Shown: positions 18,216 through 27,356, counted from the stretch's first letter. The stretch is DNA of 47,050 nt from a virus (IMGVR_UViG_3300045051_000179:1-47050); one strand, 5' to 3'. Program-made: numbers and translations. The notes: generated by a model from the sequence alone, not told the origin.

Positions 18216-18616
18216 CCGCCGACGACAGGCTTATCGGTGAGCCAGTACGAATTCGAAGGCTCGCCTGCAAGGCTGATGACCCTGCCAGTCAGGAACGAAT
18301 AGATGGAGTCCTGACCGAACGCTCGACCGACGATGACGGCTGAGCCGTAATCAGGCAGGATGACCACCGGGTCGATGTGGACGATGCCGTTGTCGATCCA
18401 CGTTCCGATGTACTCAGCGCCATAGACACCCTGCACTTGGTCTTCGATGGCCCACGTGATGCGTGTGAGCAGGTCGAGAGAGTCACGCACAGGTAGCGTG
18501 ACAGCCGACCCACGCACGACCGCCACGGCATATCCGCTTGTCGGATTGACAGGCGTGAGGTCGGATGCGCGGAAGGTTCCGCCTCCGTTCTCGATTGTGT
18601 ACTGCGCTGCATTCAT
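18212..18616 (-). CDS. conserved phage protein
   Basis: GGGTF..GYAV..GTW.D....D...GQDSIY pattern. Confidence 0.75.
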   Translation of the reverse strand: MNAAQYTIENGGGTFRASDLTPVNPTSGYAVAVVRGSAVTLPVRDSLDLLTRITWAIEDQVQGVYGAEYIGTWIDNGIVHIDPVVILPDYGSAVIVGRAFGQDSIYSFLTGRVISLAGEPSNSYWLTDKPVVGG

Positions 18617-18912
18617 GCTCGCGCCCTCCTATTGAGTTCGTCCCATGCCACCGTGCTGACGCCATCGTACTTACTATGTGTCCACTCTTGCAGCAATTCA
18701 TCAGTGACGCTGCGTGCATTCACTTCGGCAAGAGTCGTCGCGGATACCTCGTCGCGATACTCTTTCAGTTGCGAGCCACTGATGAATGTGCCCATGTCGA
18801 ATTCGCTGCCACACAGAACGCACGATCCATCATGCAGTTCATCGGGCAGATACCGACCGTCATTGATGCGCTCATAGAAGCACACCTGACAGATGAAATT
18901 CCAGCGTGCCAT
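18613..18912 (-). CDS. zinc-ribbon protein
   Basis: CQVC..CVLC; start refined. Confidence 0.65.
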   Translation of the reverse strand: MARWNFICQVCFYERINDGRYLPDELHDGSCVLCGSEFDMGTFISGSQLKEYRDEVSATTLAEVNARSVTDELLQEWTHSKYDGVSTVAWDELNRRARA

Positions 18913-18913
18913 T

Positions 18914-19006
18914 TTACTTACTCCACAGGATGAACGATCCGACATGCCAGTGCCGGAAGTAGACGAATGAAAGGGTTACGAATATCAGGATAGCGATTAC
19001 TAGCAT
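18914..19006 (-). CDS. 30-aa membrane micropeptide
   Basis: MLVIAILIFVTLSFVYFRHWH; GGAG RBS. Confidence 0.55.
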   Translation of the reverse strand: MLVIAILIFVTLSFVYFRHWHVGSFILWSK

Positions 19007-19011
19007 CGTTG

Positions 19012-19308
19012 TCAACTCCCGATGCGATGGATAATTCTGGACTCGACTCCGTACAGTCGCAGCGCACCGAACCGACGCAGTTTCCATGCGCGAGCGAAAC
19101 TGATGACCGGAAGCCTCCAATTAAAGGTGTGATACGTCTTCACGTACTCACAACCCGGACCCCAATTCGTCATGTCCTTGCGCTTCCGCACGTACCGGAA
19201 GACGATGAAGAACGTCGGGCTGTGTGATCCAGCCCTGCCCTCAGGGTCGAGCCCGACAGTGAATGGGCCGAAGTCGTGAAGCCGATACGTCATGCCTTGT
19301 CGTCGCAT
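19012..19308 (-). CDS. hypothetical protein
   Basis: GGAGG RBS. Confidence 0.65.
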   Translation of the reverse strand: MRRQGMTYRLHDFGPFTVGLDPEGRAGSHSPTFFIVFRYVRKRKDMTNWGPGCEYVKTYHTFNWRLPVISFARAWKLRRFGALRLYGVESRIIHRIGS

Positions 19309-19500
19309 CTATTCCTCCGTTTCGTAGTCGATGCCGACGTTTGATGCGATATCTGCATCAATTTCCGCGAGCCGCTGACGCAAGGCTCGACGTTCGAATG
19401 ACCGCTCGATGATGCCAAGGTCGTTGAGGTTATCCGATGTAAGGCGTCGGAGCAATTCCTCACGCTCACCTTCGAGCATGATGTAGTCGATGTCAGACAT
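19309..19500 (-). CDS. small coiled-coil protein
   Basis: GGAGG RBS; start refined. Confidence 0.65.
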   Translation of the reverse strand: MSDIDYIMLEGEREELLRRLTSDNLNDLGIIERSFERRALRQRLAEIDADIASNVGIDYETEE

Positions 19501-19705
19501 TCGAATTCCTCCGCTCGTTCGACTGCGCCTGAGTGTAGGTGCGATGCGTGACCGGGCATCGACCGTTGATGTGCAAGGCCGGAAGTGTGCCGCAATCGGG
19601 ACACTCGCGAGCCCACGTGAACGGTGCGAGCGCATCGTTGCCGGTGAGGTTAATGATGGTCCGACCGTCATTCGTTGACGGCATCGACTGGAAATTGATG
19701 CTCAC
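19493..19705 (-). CDS. hypothetical protein
   Basis: CPDCG..H..C. Confidence 0.6.
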   Translation of the reverse strand: MSINFQSMPSTNDGRTIINLTGNDALAPFTWARECPDCGTLPALHINGRCPVTHRTYTQAQSNERRNSNV

Positions 19706-19905
19706 TTAGCCGCTCCTGTTCCGATGTAGTTCTCGACCTCGCCCGACTTGACCGAAGCCACGTACAGGTCCGCAAGTCGCGCCATGCGGAGCAATTCCGC
19801 CTCCGCAACCTTGCGAGCCTCGACGGTTTCCGCGTTCGTGATGATTGCCAGCAGCGCGGGCAGGATACCGGCCCACGTCGGAGTGATGGTGATTGACTCA
19901 GGCAT
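19702..19905 (-). CDS. conserved small phage protein
   Basis: ITPTWAGILP..EL.RMARLAD pattern. Confidence 0.75.
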   Translation of the reverse strand: MPESITITPTWAGILPALLAIITNAETVEARKVAEAELLRMARLADLYVASVKSGEVENYIGTGAAK

Positions 19906-20101
19906 TGTGGCTCACCTTCTCGTACGCTTCCCTTGCGGACAGGACTTCTGTCTGCCAGAATGTGATATCCCACGGCGATGCGCACGGGCTCTTGCGTTCC
20001 TCCGCGAGCCGCAATTCCGCCGCGACTAGTCGGCTGGCCGCATCCTCAATGGCCCGCGCGCGCGGGTCGGTACCGGTGTCCGGTGTGTACTTGCGCTTCA
20101 C
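19898..20101 (-). CDS. hypothetical protein
   Basis: GAAGGA RBS plus GTG. Confidence 0.65.
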   Translation of the reverse strand: MKRKYTPDTGTDPRARAIEDAASRLVAAELRLAEERKSPCASPWDITFWQTEVLSAREAYEKVSHNA

Positions 20102-20119
20102 AATGTGTATTCCTTCCTG

Positions 20120-20269
20120 CTACCAGTTTCGAACGATGACGACTGTGTATTCCGGGTGAAGCCGGAGGATGCGCCACTTTGCGATGCTCGCACTGCGAGC
20201 GGTCATGTGATAGGAGTACGTACTCCCGTTGACCTTAACTGTGTACTGACTGTTTGCGGCTGTTCGCAT
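20120..20269 (-). CDS. small basic protein
   Basis: AAAGG RBS; start refined. Confidence 0.55.
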   Translation of the reverse strand: MRTAANSQYTVKVNGSTYSYHMTARSASIAKWRILRLHPEYTVVIVRNW

Positions 20270-20324
20270 TGCACCTTTCCTTTCGTGGATATGATCGTGA
20301 CACGTGATCGTGTCACCTAGTGTG

Positions 20325-20525
20325 TCACTCTGTGGCATCGTCCGGTGCGAATTCGTCATTGAGCCAGAACGCGGAGTCAATCTCACGGCTGAGCGCTTCG
20401 GCTTCGCTCGGCGGAAGGTTGCCCCCAAGCCGAACGATGGATGATGTGTTGACCGCGAGGAAGGTATCGTTGACTTGCGTATCGTCAACGATGACGATGT
20501 AGACGGCTTGGTTCATCTGTTTCAT
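20325..20525 (-). CDS. hypothetical protein
   Basis: ATGA overlap. Confidence 0.65.
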   Translation of the reverse strand: MKQMNQAVYIVIVDDTQVNDTFLAVNTSSIVRLGGNLPPSEAEALSREIDSAFWLNDEFAPDDATE

Positions 20526-20824
20526 TCTCCCGTGAGGTCATGCACTCGATTGACCGCGAGTGCTTCCGGTGTAAACGCTTGCGATGATCGCCGGAGCATG
20601 TATGTAACGACCCGACGCTTGCGAATGATTGCCACGACCGTATCGCCGTTGCTCTCTCCCGCCCATGCGTTTCGAACGTCGCGATAAACTCGCAACGCGA
20701 TATCGCATCCAGCCGGTGCGGTCGTCGCATACGTTTCCGCAGCATCGACAATGGATCGTGCGCGTTCGAAACCTAGCGTCCCGACGATACGTTCTGTCGC
20801 GCGATCACTTCCATGGTATGTCAT
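20522..20824 (-). CDS. conserved phage protein
   Basis: HA.ER-like start; SNGD.VVAIIR...VVT.MLRRS.Q pattern. Confidence 0.75.
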   Translation of the reverse strand: MTYHGSDRATERIVGTLGFERARSIVDAAETYATTAPAGCDIALRVYRDVRNAWAGESNGDTVVAIIRKRRVVTYMLRRSSQAFTPEALAVNRVHDLTGE

Positions 20825-20967
20825 GACTTCCTCCCGGTCGTGAAGGTGAGGTATTGTGCTGGCGCGATGTGCGCGAACGGCTCGCGCTCATGCTGGCGAC
20901 GGTACGATGCGCTCATGAAGCGCTTTCCGCACGTCTTGCATGTCTTCGGATCGGTCTTCGTAATCAT
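20821..20967 (-). CDS. C2H2-type zinc-finger microprotein (48 aa)
   Basis: CKTCGKRFMSASYRRQHEREPFAH = C-x2-C-x12-H-x6-H; ATGA overlaps both ends; absent from ORF track. Confidence 0.7.
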   Translation of the reverse strand: MITKTDPKTCKTCGKRFMSASYRRQHEREPFAHIAPAQYLTFTTGRKS

Positions 20968-21323
20968 GCCGTGCACCCTCCTGTCTTGATAACGTACTCG
21001 ATTGTGTCGATGACGTGATCCCGGCGCGGTAGGTTGTCATCGTTGCGACGGAACGCATCCGCCAGTTCTAGCAGTGTGGACACTTGCGCATCGGTCAGAT
21101 GACGACCGGACGACACGGTTTGTGGGCTGCTGAAGTGTACCCATCCGCGCCGCTCTAGGCCCTCCGACCATGTATCGTGAAAGCGCTCCGCGAAGTCATT
21201 GTGACCGCCGTATGTGACCGCGAAGAACCGCCCGTCAGGATCGATGAAAGCCGCATACACTGCGCACGGCTTGATCGGATGCCCGTAGTCGTTGTCTTGC
21301 GTCGATGCGATGCGAATACCCAT
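20964..21323 (-). CDS. hypothetical protein
   Basis: FIDPDGRF..H...RGWV pattern; start refined. Confidence 0.7.
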   Translation of the reverse strand: MGIRIASTQDNDYGHPIKPCAVYAAFIDPDGRFFAVTYGGHNDFAERFHDTWSEGLERRGWVHFSSPQTVSSGRHLTDAQVSTLLELADAFRRNDDNLPRRDHVIDTIEYVIKTGGCTA

Positions 21324-21327
21324 TGTG

Positions 21328-21933
21328 TCACTCTCCCGTGCCACGAACGACGCACCATGTGATCGCCTGCAAATCTTGCACGCGCTCATTGACGAGTTTC
21401 GCAACCTCGCGATATGCATTTGCAATCGCGATGTATTCTCGACCGGTCGGGACTTTCCCGCATCCGTGAGTATTCGAACGGGTGCATGTGCATCCTTCGA
21501 AATTCGTCGCGATACGGTATGCCCAACGATCAACGGTTACCGCGTCATCGTCGCACAGGTTTCGCGTGAACGACACGATCTTGTAGTTGTTCCTGTCCTT
21601 TGTGAGGATGGCGTCGATATCAGTATCGTCGGTCGATGCAATGATCCGACGCACCTTTGATACGACCATGCGCAGCGTTCCACCGTTTCGCAGCGCATCG
21701 TATCCGTTCTCATAGTCGTTGATTGATTGCGCAGCGAGTGCAAGGTTTCGGGACCACGGTGTATTTATTGACGTAGCAGCGTAAATCGCCGCACACTGCC
21801 GAACGCGCAGACCTGAACGGTTTGCATGCTCGCGCATAATGCGTGCCATCGACGGATACCACGTTCGACCGTCGATGATATCCTGAGCGCTTGCGCGATC
21901 ATAGAATGATCGGATATTGGATACGTAGTCCAT
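21328..21933 (-). CDS. conserved phage protein, possibly HhH/glycosylase-like fold
   Basis: G..WY...W..N...VTVD.WA...Y...YR..A...QAITW pattern; fold is inference. Confidence 0.75.
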   Translation of the reverse strand: MDYVSNIRSFYDRASAQDIIDGRTWYPSMARIMREHANRSGLRVRQCAAIYAATSINTPWSRNLALAAQSINDYENGYDALRNGGTLRMVVSKVRRIIASTDDTDIDAILTKDRNNYKIVSFTRNLCDDDAVTVDRWAYRIATNFEGCTCTRSNTHGCGKVPTGREYIAIANAYREVAKLVNERVQDLQAITWCVVRGTGE

Positions 21934-22059
21934 CTACTTTGCATCCTTTCCGCAGAATGGTGCATTTGCGCACACCGGCTGATTGAGTCGGTTCTCCGTG
22001 AATGTCGGACGATGGCAGACGACACACTTTCGTGTCTTTAGCGCACGGTTTCGAGCCAT
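21934..22059 (-). CDS. 41-aa Cys protein
   Basis: MARNRALKTRKCVVC..C..C; TAGGAG RBS; absent from ORF track. Confidence 0.6.
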   Translation of the reverse strand: MARNRALKTRKCVVCHRPTFTENRLNQPVCANAPFCGKDAK

Positions 22060-22071
22060 GATCGTATTCTC

Positions 22072-22395
22072 CTACTCGCGATGCACATTTGGCACGCGCT
22101 GGAATGTATGGATTTCGAGCGTCCATACATTCCCGTGCGGGTCGAATGTAAAACCCTACGCTCGCAGCGTTGCGACGATGTGGTATACGTTTCGCCCGAC
22201 GCTATCGAGATACGCGACCTGATCACCAATTCCGGATTGGCTGTTAGCAATTGCCTCCGCGCCTAGATGGGTTTCGACCCTGTACGTACGATGATCGAGC
22301 AGGGTTGTATTCGTTTCCATGCACGCATCAATTAGCGTGAGGACGGCTTCATCGGGGGAGTTTGAATTGACGAATACGTGAGTTTGTGCGTTCAT
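22072..22395 (-). CDS. hypothetical protein with internal TAG at 22156-22158 (readthrough candidate; 79 aa without readthrough)
   Basis: frame stays open 27 codons after TAG up to the RBS of the next gene. Confidence 0.5.
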
Positions 22396-22416
22396 GATAT
22401 TTAGTCGTCCAGTCCG

Positions 22417-22641
22417 TCAGCGTGACTTCGAAACTTCGATTACCACGATGTATGTCTTCACGACTCGCGCGGTGCGAGGAGTTTCGTAAAGAGCGACAAA
22501 CTCGTTGGCGAGTTTGATATAGGACTGTTCAGCGGAAACCACGAAACCGTTAATCCCATCCTTAACGAGTTGACGGGAAACGATCATTTCGGCGTGCACC
22601 TTGCACGTAGCATTTACGTGAATACTGGCCCTACGAGTCAT
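22417..22641 (-). CDS. hypothetical protein
   Basis: TAGGAG RBS. Confidence 0.65.
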   Translation of the reverse strand: MTRRASIHVNATCKVHAEMIVSRQLVKDGINGFVVSAEQSYIKLANEFVALYETPRTARVVKTYIVVIEVSKSR

Positions 22642-22662
22642 TGTATTCTCCTACCGTTTCGG

Positions 22663-22845
22663 CTAGTAACTAACTAGCACTAATTCATACCGGATATCCT
22701 GCCTCAGGTGACAGAATTTGTAGTTTCCGGTGACGGTATATCCTATCGCATCAATTCCCGTTACAGGAATTGTAGGATTGCCGCGCATGGATTTACGATA
22801 TCCGGAGTCTACTCGTCTGTCCGTGAGATATATTCTCCGGTACAT
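22663..22845 (-). CDS. hypothetical protein
   Basis: 60-aa ORF in same orientation as operon. Confidence 0.5.
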   Translation of the reverse strand: MYRRIYLTDRRVDSGYRKSMRGNPTIPVTGIDAIGYTVTGNYKFCHLRQDIRYELVLVSY

Positions 22846-23229
22846 TGATTACTACGCTGTTCGATATCCTGCGACATTTCAATTCGCTTCAATATCGAAT
22901 ATCCCGAAGATACCACCTGATACCCTGCTGTTATCAATTCAGCCTGTCGGGATGATTTCAGCGATCAATACGAGAAGCATTGACCTACCGCTTTACTACC
23001 ATGCTTATTGATACTCGAAATCTACCGGTCCTCGATTGATTGTATCGATTAACGACTAATCGATAATCATTCTCGGGATTTACGATTTCGAATATTCGAG
23101 TTGTAAAGGTTCGAGGTTCAATCTTGCCCGTTGCTATGGCGGGTTCGGTCCTGCTAATCACTTTGTGACTCGTGACCCGTTCGCTTGGCTGAAACTGTAC
23201 CCGGACGGTACAGCGAGCCTGCGAGGGGT

Positions 23230-24240
23230 TGGCCGGTGTAGCAAATCCCCCACCCAAGGGAGGATTGGACCGTATTCGATTGAACCTTTCATATTGGAAG
23301 ATTGACGATCAATTGACCGTGCCGCAAGGCTATTCGAGCGGGATTGACCCTGTCTACCTGTTATTGTCTACATTGCGATTTCTTAACAATTCTCTTGATC
23401 CGCGACGGGAGGACCGCGCGACGCGATGCGCGATCAATCCTCCGCGCACGCGCGAGGGACCTTATACGAATTTCACAAAGCATTACATATCAAGCGTGAG
23501 GTGACTGTACTGTTATCCTATAGGCTATACGGTTTCTGTACAGCGTGATATCTCGACCGTGCCATTCCTATAAACTCTGCTTATAGGGTTTATTTCGTGC
23601 TCCTAAACCGGTTTAGTCACGATCAATTTGGCCGTAGTGCCACGATCCGGTCATGCGCCATATCAGAACGTCACTTCAGAATTTCCGGGTCATGTAGGCC
23701 GTTCTAAACCGGTTTAGTAGGGGTCATCGGGCGGGATGGGCAGGATATAGAACGGCTGTTCTGCCCGTTCAGGATTTAGTCACAATATACTCTCTTTAAT
23801 AGGGTTTTGACGTGAAGGTTGCAAGGTTAATGGCCCCTGCTACATGCATATCGAGGGAATATAGAGGGTTTAGAACTGGAATAGTAAGAGTTTAGGGTGT
23901 CGTCGCATGTGTAGCGCTAAACTTGTACGAGTTTCGTGCGTGTGTGCACTCGCGAGCACGTTCTTAGAGGGTTTATGATCGTCGTTTGATACTCCGCGTT
24001 CATACCGGTATCATCCGGTATCGGGCTAGCCCCTCAATTTCGCTCCAAAACTACAGCATGAGTTTCCGACTAGCAGGTACAGAAAATACATCCATTTTCA
24101 AAAGTTGCCTGAATGTGGAAGCACAAGACCCTGAGTGTAAAGCATCCTTTACAACCTCGATACCGGAGAAGACCTCGATATTCCATTATCAGCGATCTTT
24201 ATCCATTATTTACCAGTTGGTTAAATACTAAAGGAGGATA
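23230..24240. other. non-coding divergence region between the two gene arms
   Basis: no convincing ORF; palindromes; strand switch. Confidence 0.65.
23603..23717. repeat. two copies of the 14-bp palindrome CTAAACCGGTTTAG
   Basis: 23603-23616 and 23704-23717. Confidence 0.9.
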
Positions 24241-24252
24241 AGCCCAGAGGAC

Positions 24253-24281
24253 TTGACAGTAGTCGGTATAGGTGGTATCCT
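24253..24281 (+). promoter_or_regulatory. sigma70-type promoter
   Basis: TTGACA-17-TATCCT. Confidence 0.7.
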
Positions 24282-24327
24282 GTCTGGTGAACATCTTATC
24301 TCGGGCCGAACTCTGAAAGGAGCGCTC

Positions 24328-24402
24328 ATGGAGTTCTTTCTATGGATCATACTGATGTGGTTCATCTACTCAATCATCTTCAATGACGAGAATGTTGAGT
24401 AA
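24328..24402 (+). CDS. 24-aa membrane micropeptide
   Basis: GAAAGGAG RBS; MEFFLWIILMWFIYSIIFNDENVE. Confidence 0.55.
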   Translation: MEFFLWIILMWFIYSIIFNDENVE

Positions 24403-24446
24403 CCTTTTGTTAAGATTCCGTAAAGAAACCTTAACCAAACTGGCTC

Positions 24447-24475
24447 TTGACATCATGAGGCTATCCTGTTATACT
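24447..24475 (+). promoter_or_regulatory. sigma70-type promoter
   Basis: TTGACA-17-TATACT. Confidence 0.8.
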
Positions 24476-24518
24476 TCTCTATCCTTATATATATAGAGGA
24501 GTAGTAACACTTCTTTGG

Positions 24519-24839
24519 GTGCTAACGCACTACTTTTCAAAAAAGGATGACCCTAAGGTTTATACCTTTGGCTTCATGATATCGGACGAGGAGGAAATTT
24601 TGATCGAGAACAAGCCATCGAGGGCAGCATTTGATCGGGCGGCAGAAAGAGCACGAGTGCTCCTCGCCAAGAGTGACGAAGCCATCGCAAAGGCCAAGGC
24701 CGACCCTAGCCTCGTCAACACCCTTGCAGCCGTGACAGCCGTTAAACTCTCTGGTTCTGCGGTCAATGCTCTCGCAGATGAGCAAGCCGCCTATGCGGCT
24801 GACGCAGCGACCTGCATAGCGAGACTCATCGATGGCTAG
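24519..24839 (+). CDS. Ala-rich helical hypothetical protein
   Basis: ORF after promoter; start uncertain. Confidence 0.6.
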   Translation: MLTHYFSKKDDPKVYTFGFMISDEEEILIENKPSRAAFDRAAERARVLLAKSDEAIAKAKADPSLVNTLAAVTAVKLSGSAVNALADEQAAYAADAATCIARLIDG

Positions 24840-25506
24840 CGCAGGAAGCATCAACATCAATGTTCATATCACGTCCTCTGTCGGCGTAGGGCGCCCCAAT
24901 CTCGCCTTAAATCCTCACATCAAGGTCAGTCGTTATGTTGGCGATCCCCACACTACCTCAGCCAGTTCTTACGGCTATGGCTTGCCCGTTAATAGGTGGG
25001 TTACCGTCATTTCCGAGTTCTCGCTGAGCACTCCCGCTAAGATCGAGGACTTCATTGTCAGGCTCAGATCAGGTCTCCTCGGTCGGAACAACCAGCAGAT
25101 CGAGGCCGTCCGAAAGTTCGTAGACGGATCATATGATACTCTTGTCTCCGGCTACAATCTCGACAACCCTGAGGAGGTCGAGGAGTATCTCGTCAAGTTG
25201 CGAGCACAACTCCTTACCGGCGACAGAGAGAAGTTGTATGGGGAGAGCGATGAGTACCGAGAAAGATATGGCTACCGTATCTCTGGACGGCATGACTACA
25301 GGTACGACTACACGACTTGTTGCTGCCCAACGGATCATATCTGCTGCTGGCATGCCTGCTTTGATTTTCAGTACGGTGGGGAGTGTCACCATGACGTTCC
25401 TGAGCAGACATATGCGAACGTGTCATGGGACGGCAAATTGCGTCATTGCCCCGTCAGGTCTCATACTCCCTTGCCAGACTTCAGCCACACGCACAAGAAG
25501 GATTGA
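24832..25506 (+). CDS. hypothetical protein with Cys/His-rich C-terminus
   Basis: CCC..HICC.H.C..CHH..HC. Confidence 0.7.
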   Translation: MASAGSININVHITSSVGVGRPNLALNPHIKVSRYVGDPHTTSASSYGYGLPVNRWVTVISEFSLSTPAKIEDFIVRLRSGLLGRNNQQIEAVRKFVDGSYDTLVSGYNLDNPEEVEEYLVKLRAQLLTGDREKLYGESDEYRERYGYRISGRHDYRYDYTTCCCPTDHICCWHACFDFQYGGECHHDVPEQTYANVSWDGKLRHCPVRSHTPLPDFSHTHKKD

Positions 25507-25508
25507 TC

Positions 25509-25775
25509 ATGTCCAAGTTCTACCTACAGGATCGCGAGACGCATCAGGATATCGAGACTGGACCATCGACTACCTTGCACTTCAATGGATACATCAAAGG
25601 TATCATAGACCTGTGGTCGAAGTCCAATCCTGCCTTCTCGGCGGTCTCGATCAGCGTTTCAATTGGTCATGACTGGACGATGGACTCTGTCGCTACCCTT
25701 GATGCAATCGTGGAGCGCATGAGTACCAAGGAGTTTGCAGAGAAGATTGAAGATGCCATCTTCGGAGAAGACTGA
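25509..25775 (+). CDS. hypothetical protein
   Basis: AAGAAGGA RBS; start refined. Confidence 0.7.
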   Translation: MSKFYLQDRETHQDIETGPSTTLHFNGYIKGIIDLWSKSNPAFSAVSISVSIGHDWTMDSVATLDAIVERMSTKEFAEKIEDAIFGED

Positions 25776-26026
25776 TGCCCTGTAGGTTCGAGATAACCAT
25801 GGAATCAGATCGGTACTACCCGCAGGGAGGGTACCGAGAGATTGAGGTTATCGCCTCCGGAGATGTTGATCTGGTCGGAGAGATGCAACCCTATATCAAG
25901 TTCTACATCAATACCAAGGAACTCGGTGAGGAAGGGACGCAAATCGACAGGATCAAGGATGTTCTTCGGTCCAAGGAATTCTATCGCCGGATAAGAGCAG
26001 CATTGGAGATGATCAATCGTGAATAA
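25775..26026 (+). CDS. hypothetical protein
   Basis: TGATG overlap. Confidence 0.65.
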   Translation: MPCRFEITMESDRYYPQGGYREIEVIASGDVDLVGEMQPYIKFYINTKELGEEGTQIDRIKDVLRSKEFYRRIRAALEMINRE

Positions 26027-26156
26027 TTCCAAGAAGCGCCGACAGGCAAAGGAACGACCCAGCGTCGGACTCAACGAGAGCAGTGGTCCAAATCGCCACG
26101 AGCGTCGGACCATGATTGCTCTCGCCCGAAGATCAAGTCGGACTCAGCGCTCTTGA
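26019..26156 (+). CDS. 45-aa basic peptide
   Basis: MNNSKKRRQAK..NRHERR; overlaps upstream stop. Confidence 0.5.
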   Translation: MNNSKKRRQAKERPSVGLNESSGPNRHERRTMIALARRSSRTQRS

Positions 26157-26181
26157 CGCTAAGATCATCTTGTGGTATAAT
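26153..26181 (+). promoter_or_regulatory. sigma70-type promoter with extended -10
   Basis: TTGACG-17-TATAAT, TG upstream. Confidence 0.8.
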
Positions 26182-26222
26182 GAAGGAACTTCAGTAGAAA
26201 CCCCGCTATAAGAGGCTGATTC

Positions 26223-26426
26223 GTGCAAGAGGCATATGATGATTTCGTCAAGACGATGAACTTCGGGTTCCTCGGCATGGCGATCTGTTTTGGGTTCGCC
26301 CTTGCTGGCACACTCGTGTTCAGAATCTTCGTTCCAGACTATCCGATCCATAACGTATTCCCGGTCACGGCCTTCAATGTGGGGGCTTTTGTGATCGGGC
26401 GTCTTGTTCTCTGGGGCAAGTCGTGA
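26223..26426 (+). CDS. two-TM membrane protein
   Basis: hydrophobic segments. Confidence 0.7.
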   Translation: MQEAYDDFVKTMNFGFLGMAICFGFALAGTLVFRIFVPDYPIHNVFPVTAFNVGAFVIGRLVLWGKS

Positions 26427-26596
26427 AGAATGACTTCGTGTACTACACTGTACTTGGATGGCTGAGTCTCATCCTCGCGGCGATAGTCATTTACTCTCTG
26501 GTGCTGCTCATCTCATGGGGTGTCATCCTCTGGGTGTTGCTCATTTTCCTAATTGGTACGCCTATCGCGTATTTTGTTGGAGCAGTGATTGATTGA
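26423..26596 (+). CDS. 57-aa membrane protein
   Basis: GTGA overlap; almost entirely hydrophobic; absent from ORF track. Confidence 0.65.
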   Translation: MKNDFVYYTVLGWLSLILAAIVIYSLVLLISWGVILWVLLIFLIGTPIAYFVGAVID

Positions 26597-26597
26597 C

Positions 26598-26861
26598 ATG
26601 CTAGAGAAACTCAACACACTCATCACTCGCGTCGTACAGGGTGGATTGATAGTCTGGTCCATTCTACTCATCGGCTATGGTTTGATTCGTCTCGATCAGT
26701 TCGCTGTCGGTAGATGGGGAGAGCCAGTCAATCTGTTCCTGCTTGTTGTCTTCATCGGTATTCTTTTGTTCTACGTCATCGGATCGCTCTGGGAATGGGT
26801 GGCGGCTGAAGATGGCGAGGACGAGTATGAGACGTTCAAGCGACTGAGAGGCATTAAGTAG
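26598..26861 (+). CDS. two-TM membrane protein
   Basis: hydrophobic segments; start refined. Confidence 0.7.
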   Translation: MLEKLNTLITRVVQGGLIVWSILLIGYGLIRLDQFAVGRWGEPVNLFLLVVFIGILLFYVIGSLWEWVAAEDGEDEYETFKRLRGIK

Positions 26862-27133
26862 TGCCCCCTAAGAAGAAGGTCGCCGCTGATCGAGAGGAGA
26901 TTGAAGTCTCTTACACGGTCATTCCTGCCTTTGCCGTCAGGGCCGACAGTGACCGTCTTTCTGGCACGGTCGGGATTGGATTGACCGCTAGAGAGGCCAT
27001 CAACCACCTTCGAGCCGAGGTTAAGCGTAGATATCCAGAAGAATCCTATATCGTGAAGGAGAAGGCAACTAATGTTGACCTCTGGTCTGCGACTGGTTGG
27101 AGGGAGCCAACATATGATGATAAGCGAAGTTAA
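26861..27133 (+). CDS. hypothetical protein
   Basis: stop/start overlap. Confidence 0.7.
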   Translation: MPPKKKVAADREEIEVSYTVIPAFAVRADSDRLSGTVGIGLTAREAINHLRAEVKRRYPEESYIVKEKATNVDLWSATGWREPTYDDKRS

Positions 27134-27356
27134 ATGCCCGCACGGCAGAAATGCTGTCGATGGCAGGTATCAGGGCGTCTTTGCGGCACCATTCTATACC
27201 TGCAAGTGCTGTGGCGTCCACTTTCCATATATCGATAGCGGATCGTATTCATATTCCTCCACCGGAAAGGCGACAATCGAGAGCCGAACATGGACAAAGA
27301 ACCTTTGTTTCGAGTGCGGTGGGCATTATGAATACTGGGGAGACGCTGCGGCATGA
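27114..27356 (+). CDS. zinc-binding protein
   Basis: CPH, CKCC, CFEC; GGAG RBS. Confidence 0.7.
   Translation: MMISEVKCPHGRNAVDGRYQGVFAAPFYTCKCCGVHFPYIDSGSYSYSSTGKATIESRTWTKNLCFECGGHYEYWGDAAA

Noticed and set aside
18212-18616. SAM lyase (T3 0.3-like) guess from the FGQDSI motif
   Set aside because: A single short motif is insufficient without a profile or structure search.
774-23504. Plus-strand ORFs in the left arm (for example 14293-15147, 284 aa; 9019-9546)
   Set aside because: Antisense shadows of the RBS-led, overlap-coupled minus-strand genes; no motifs.
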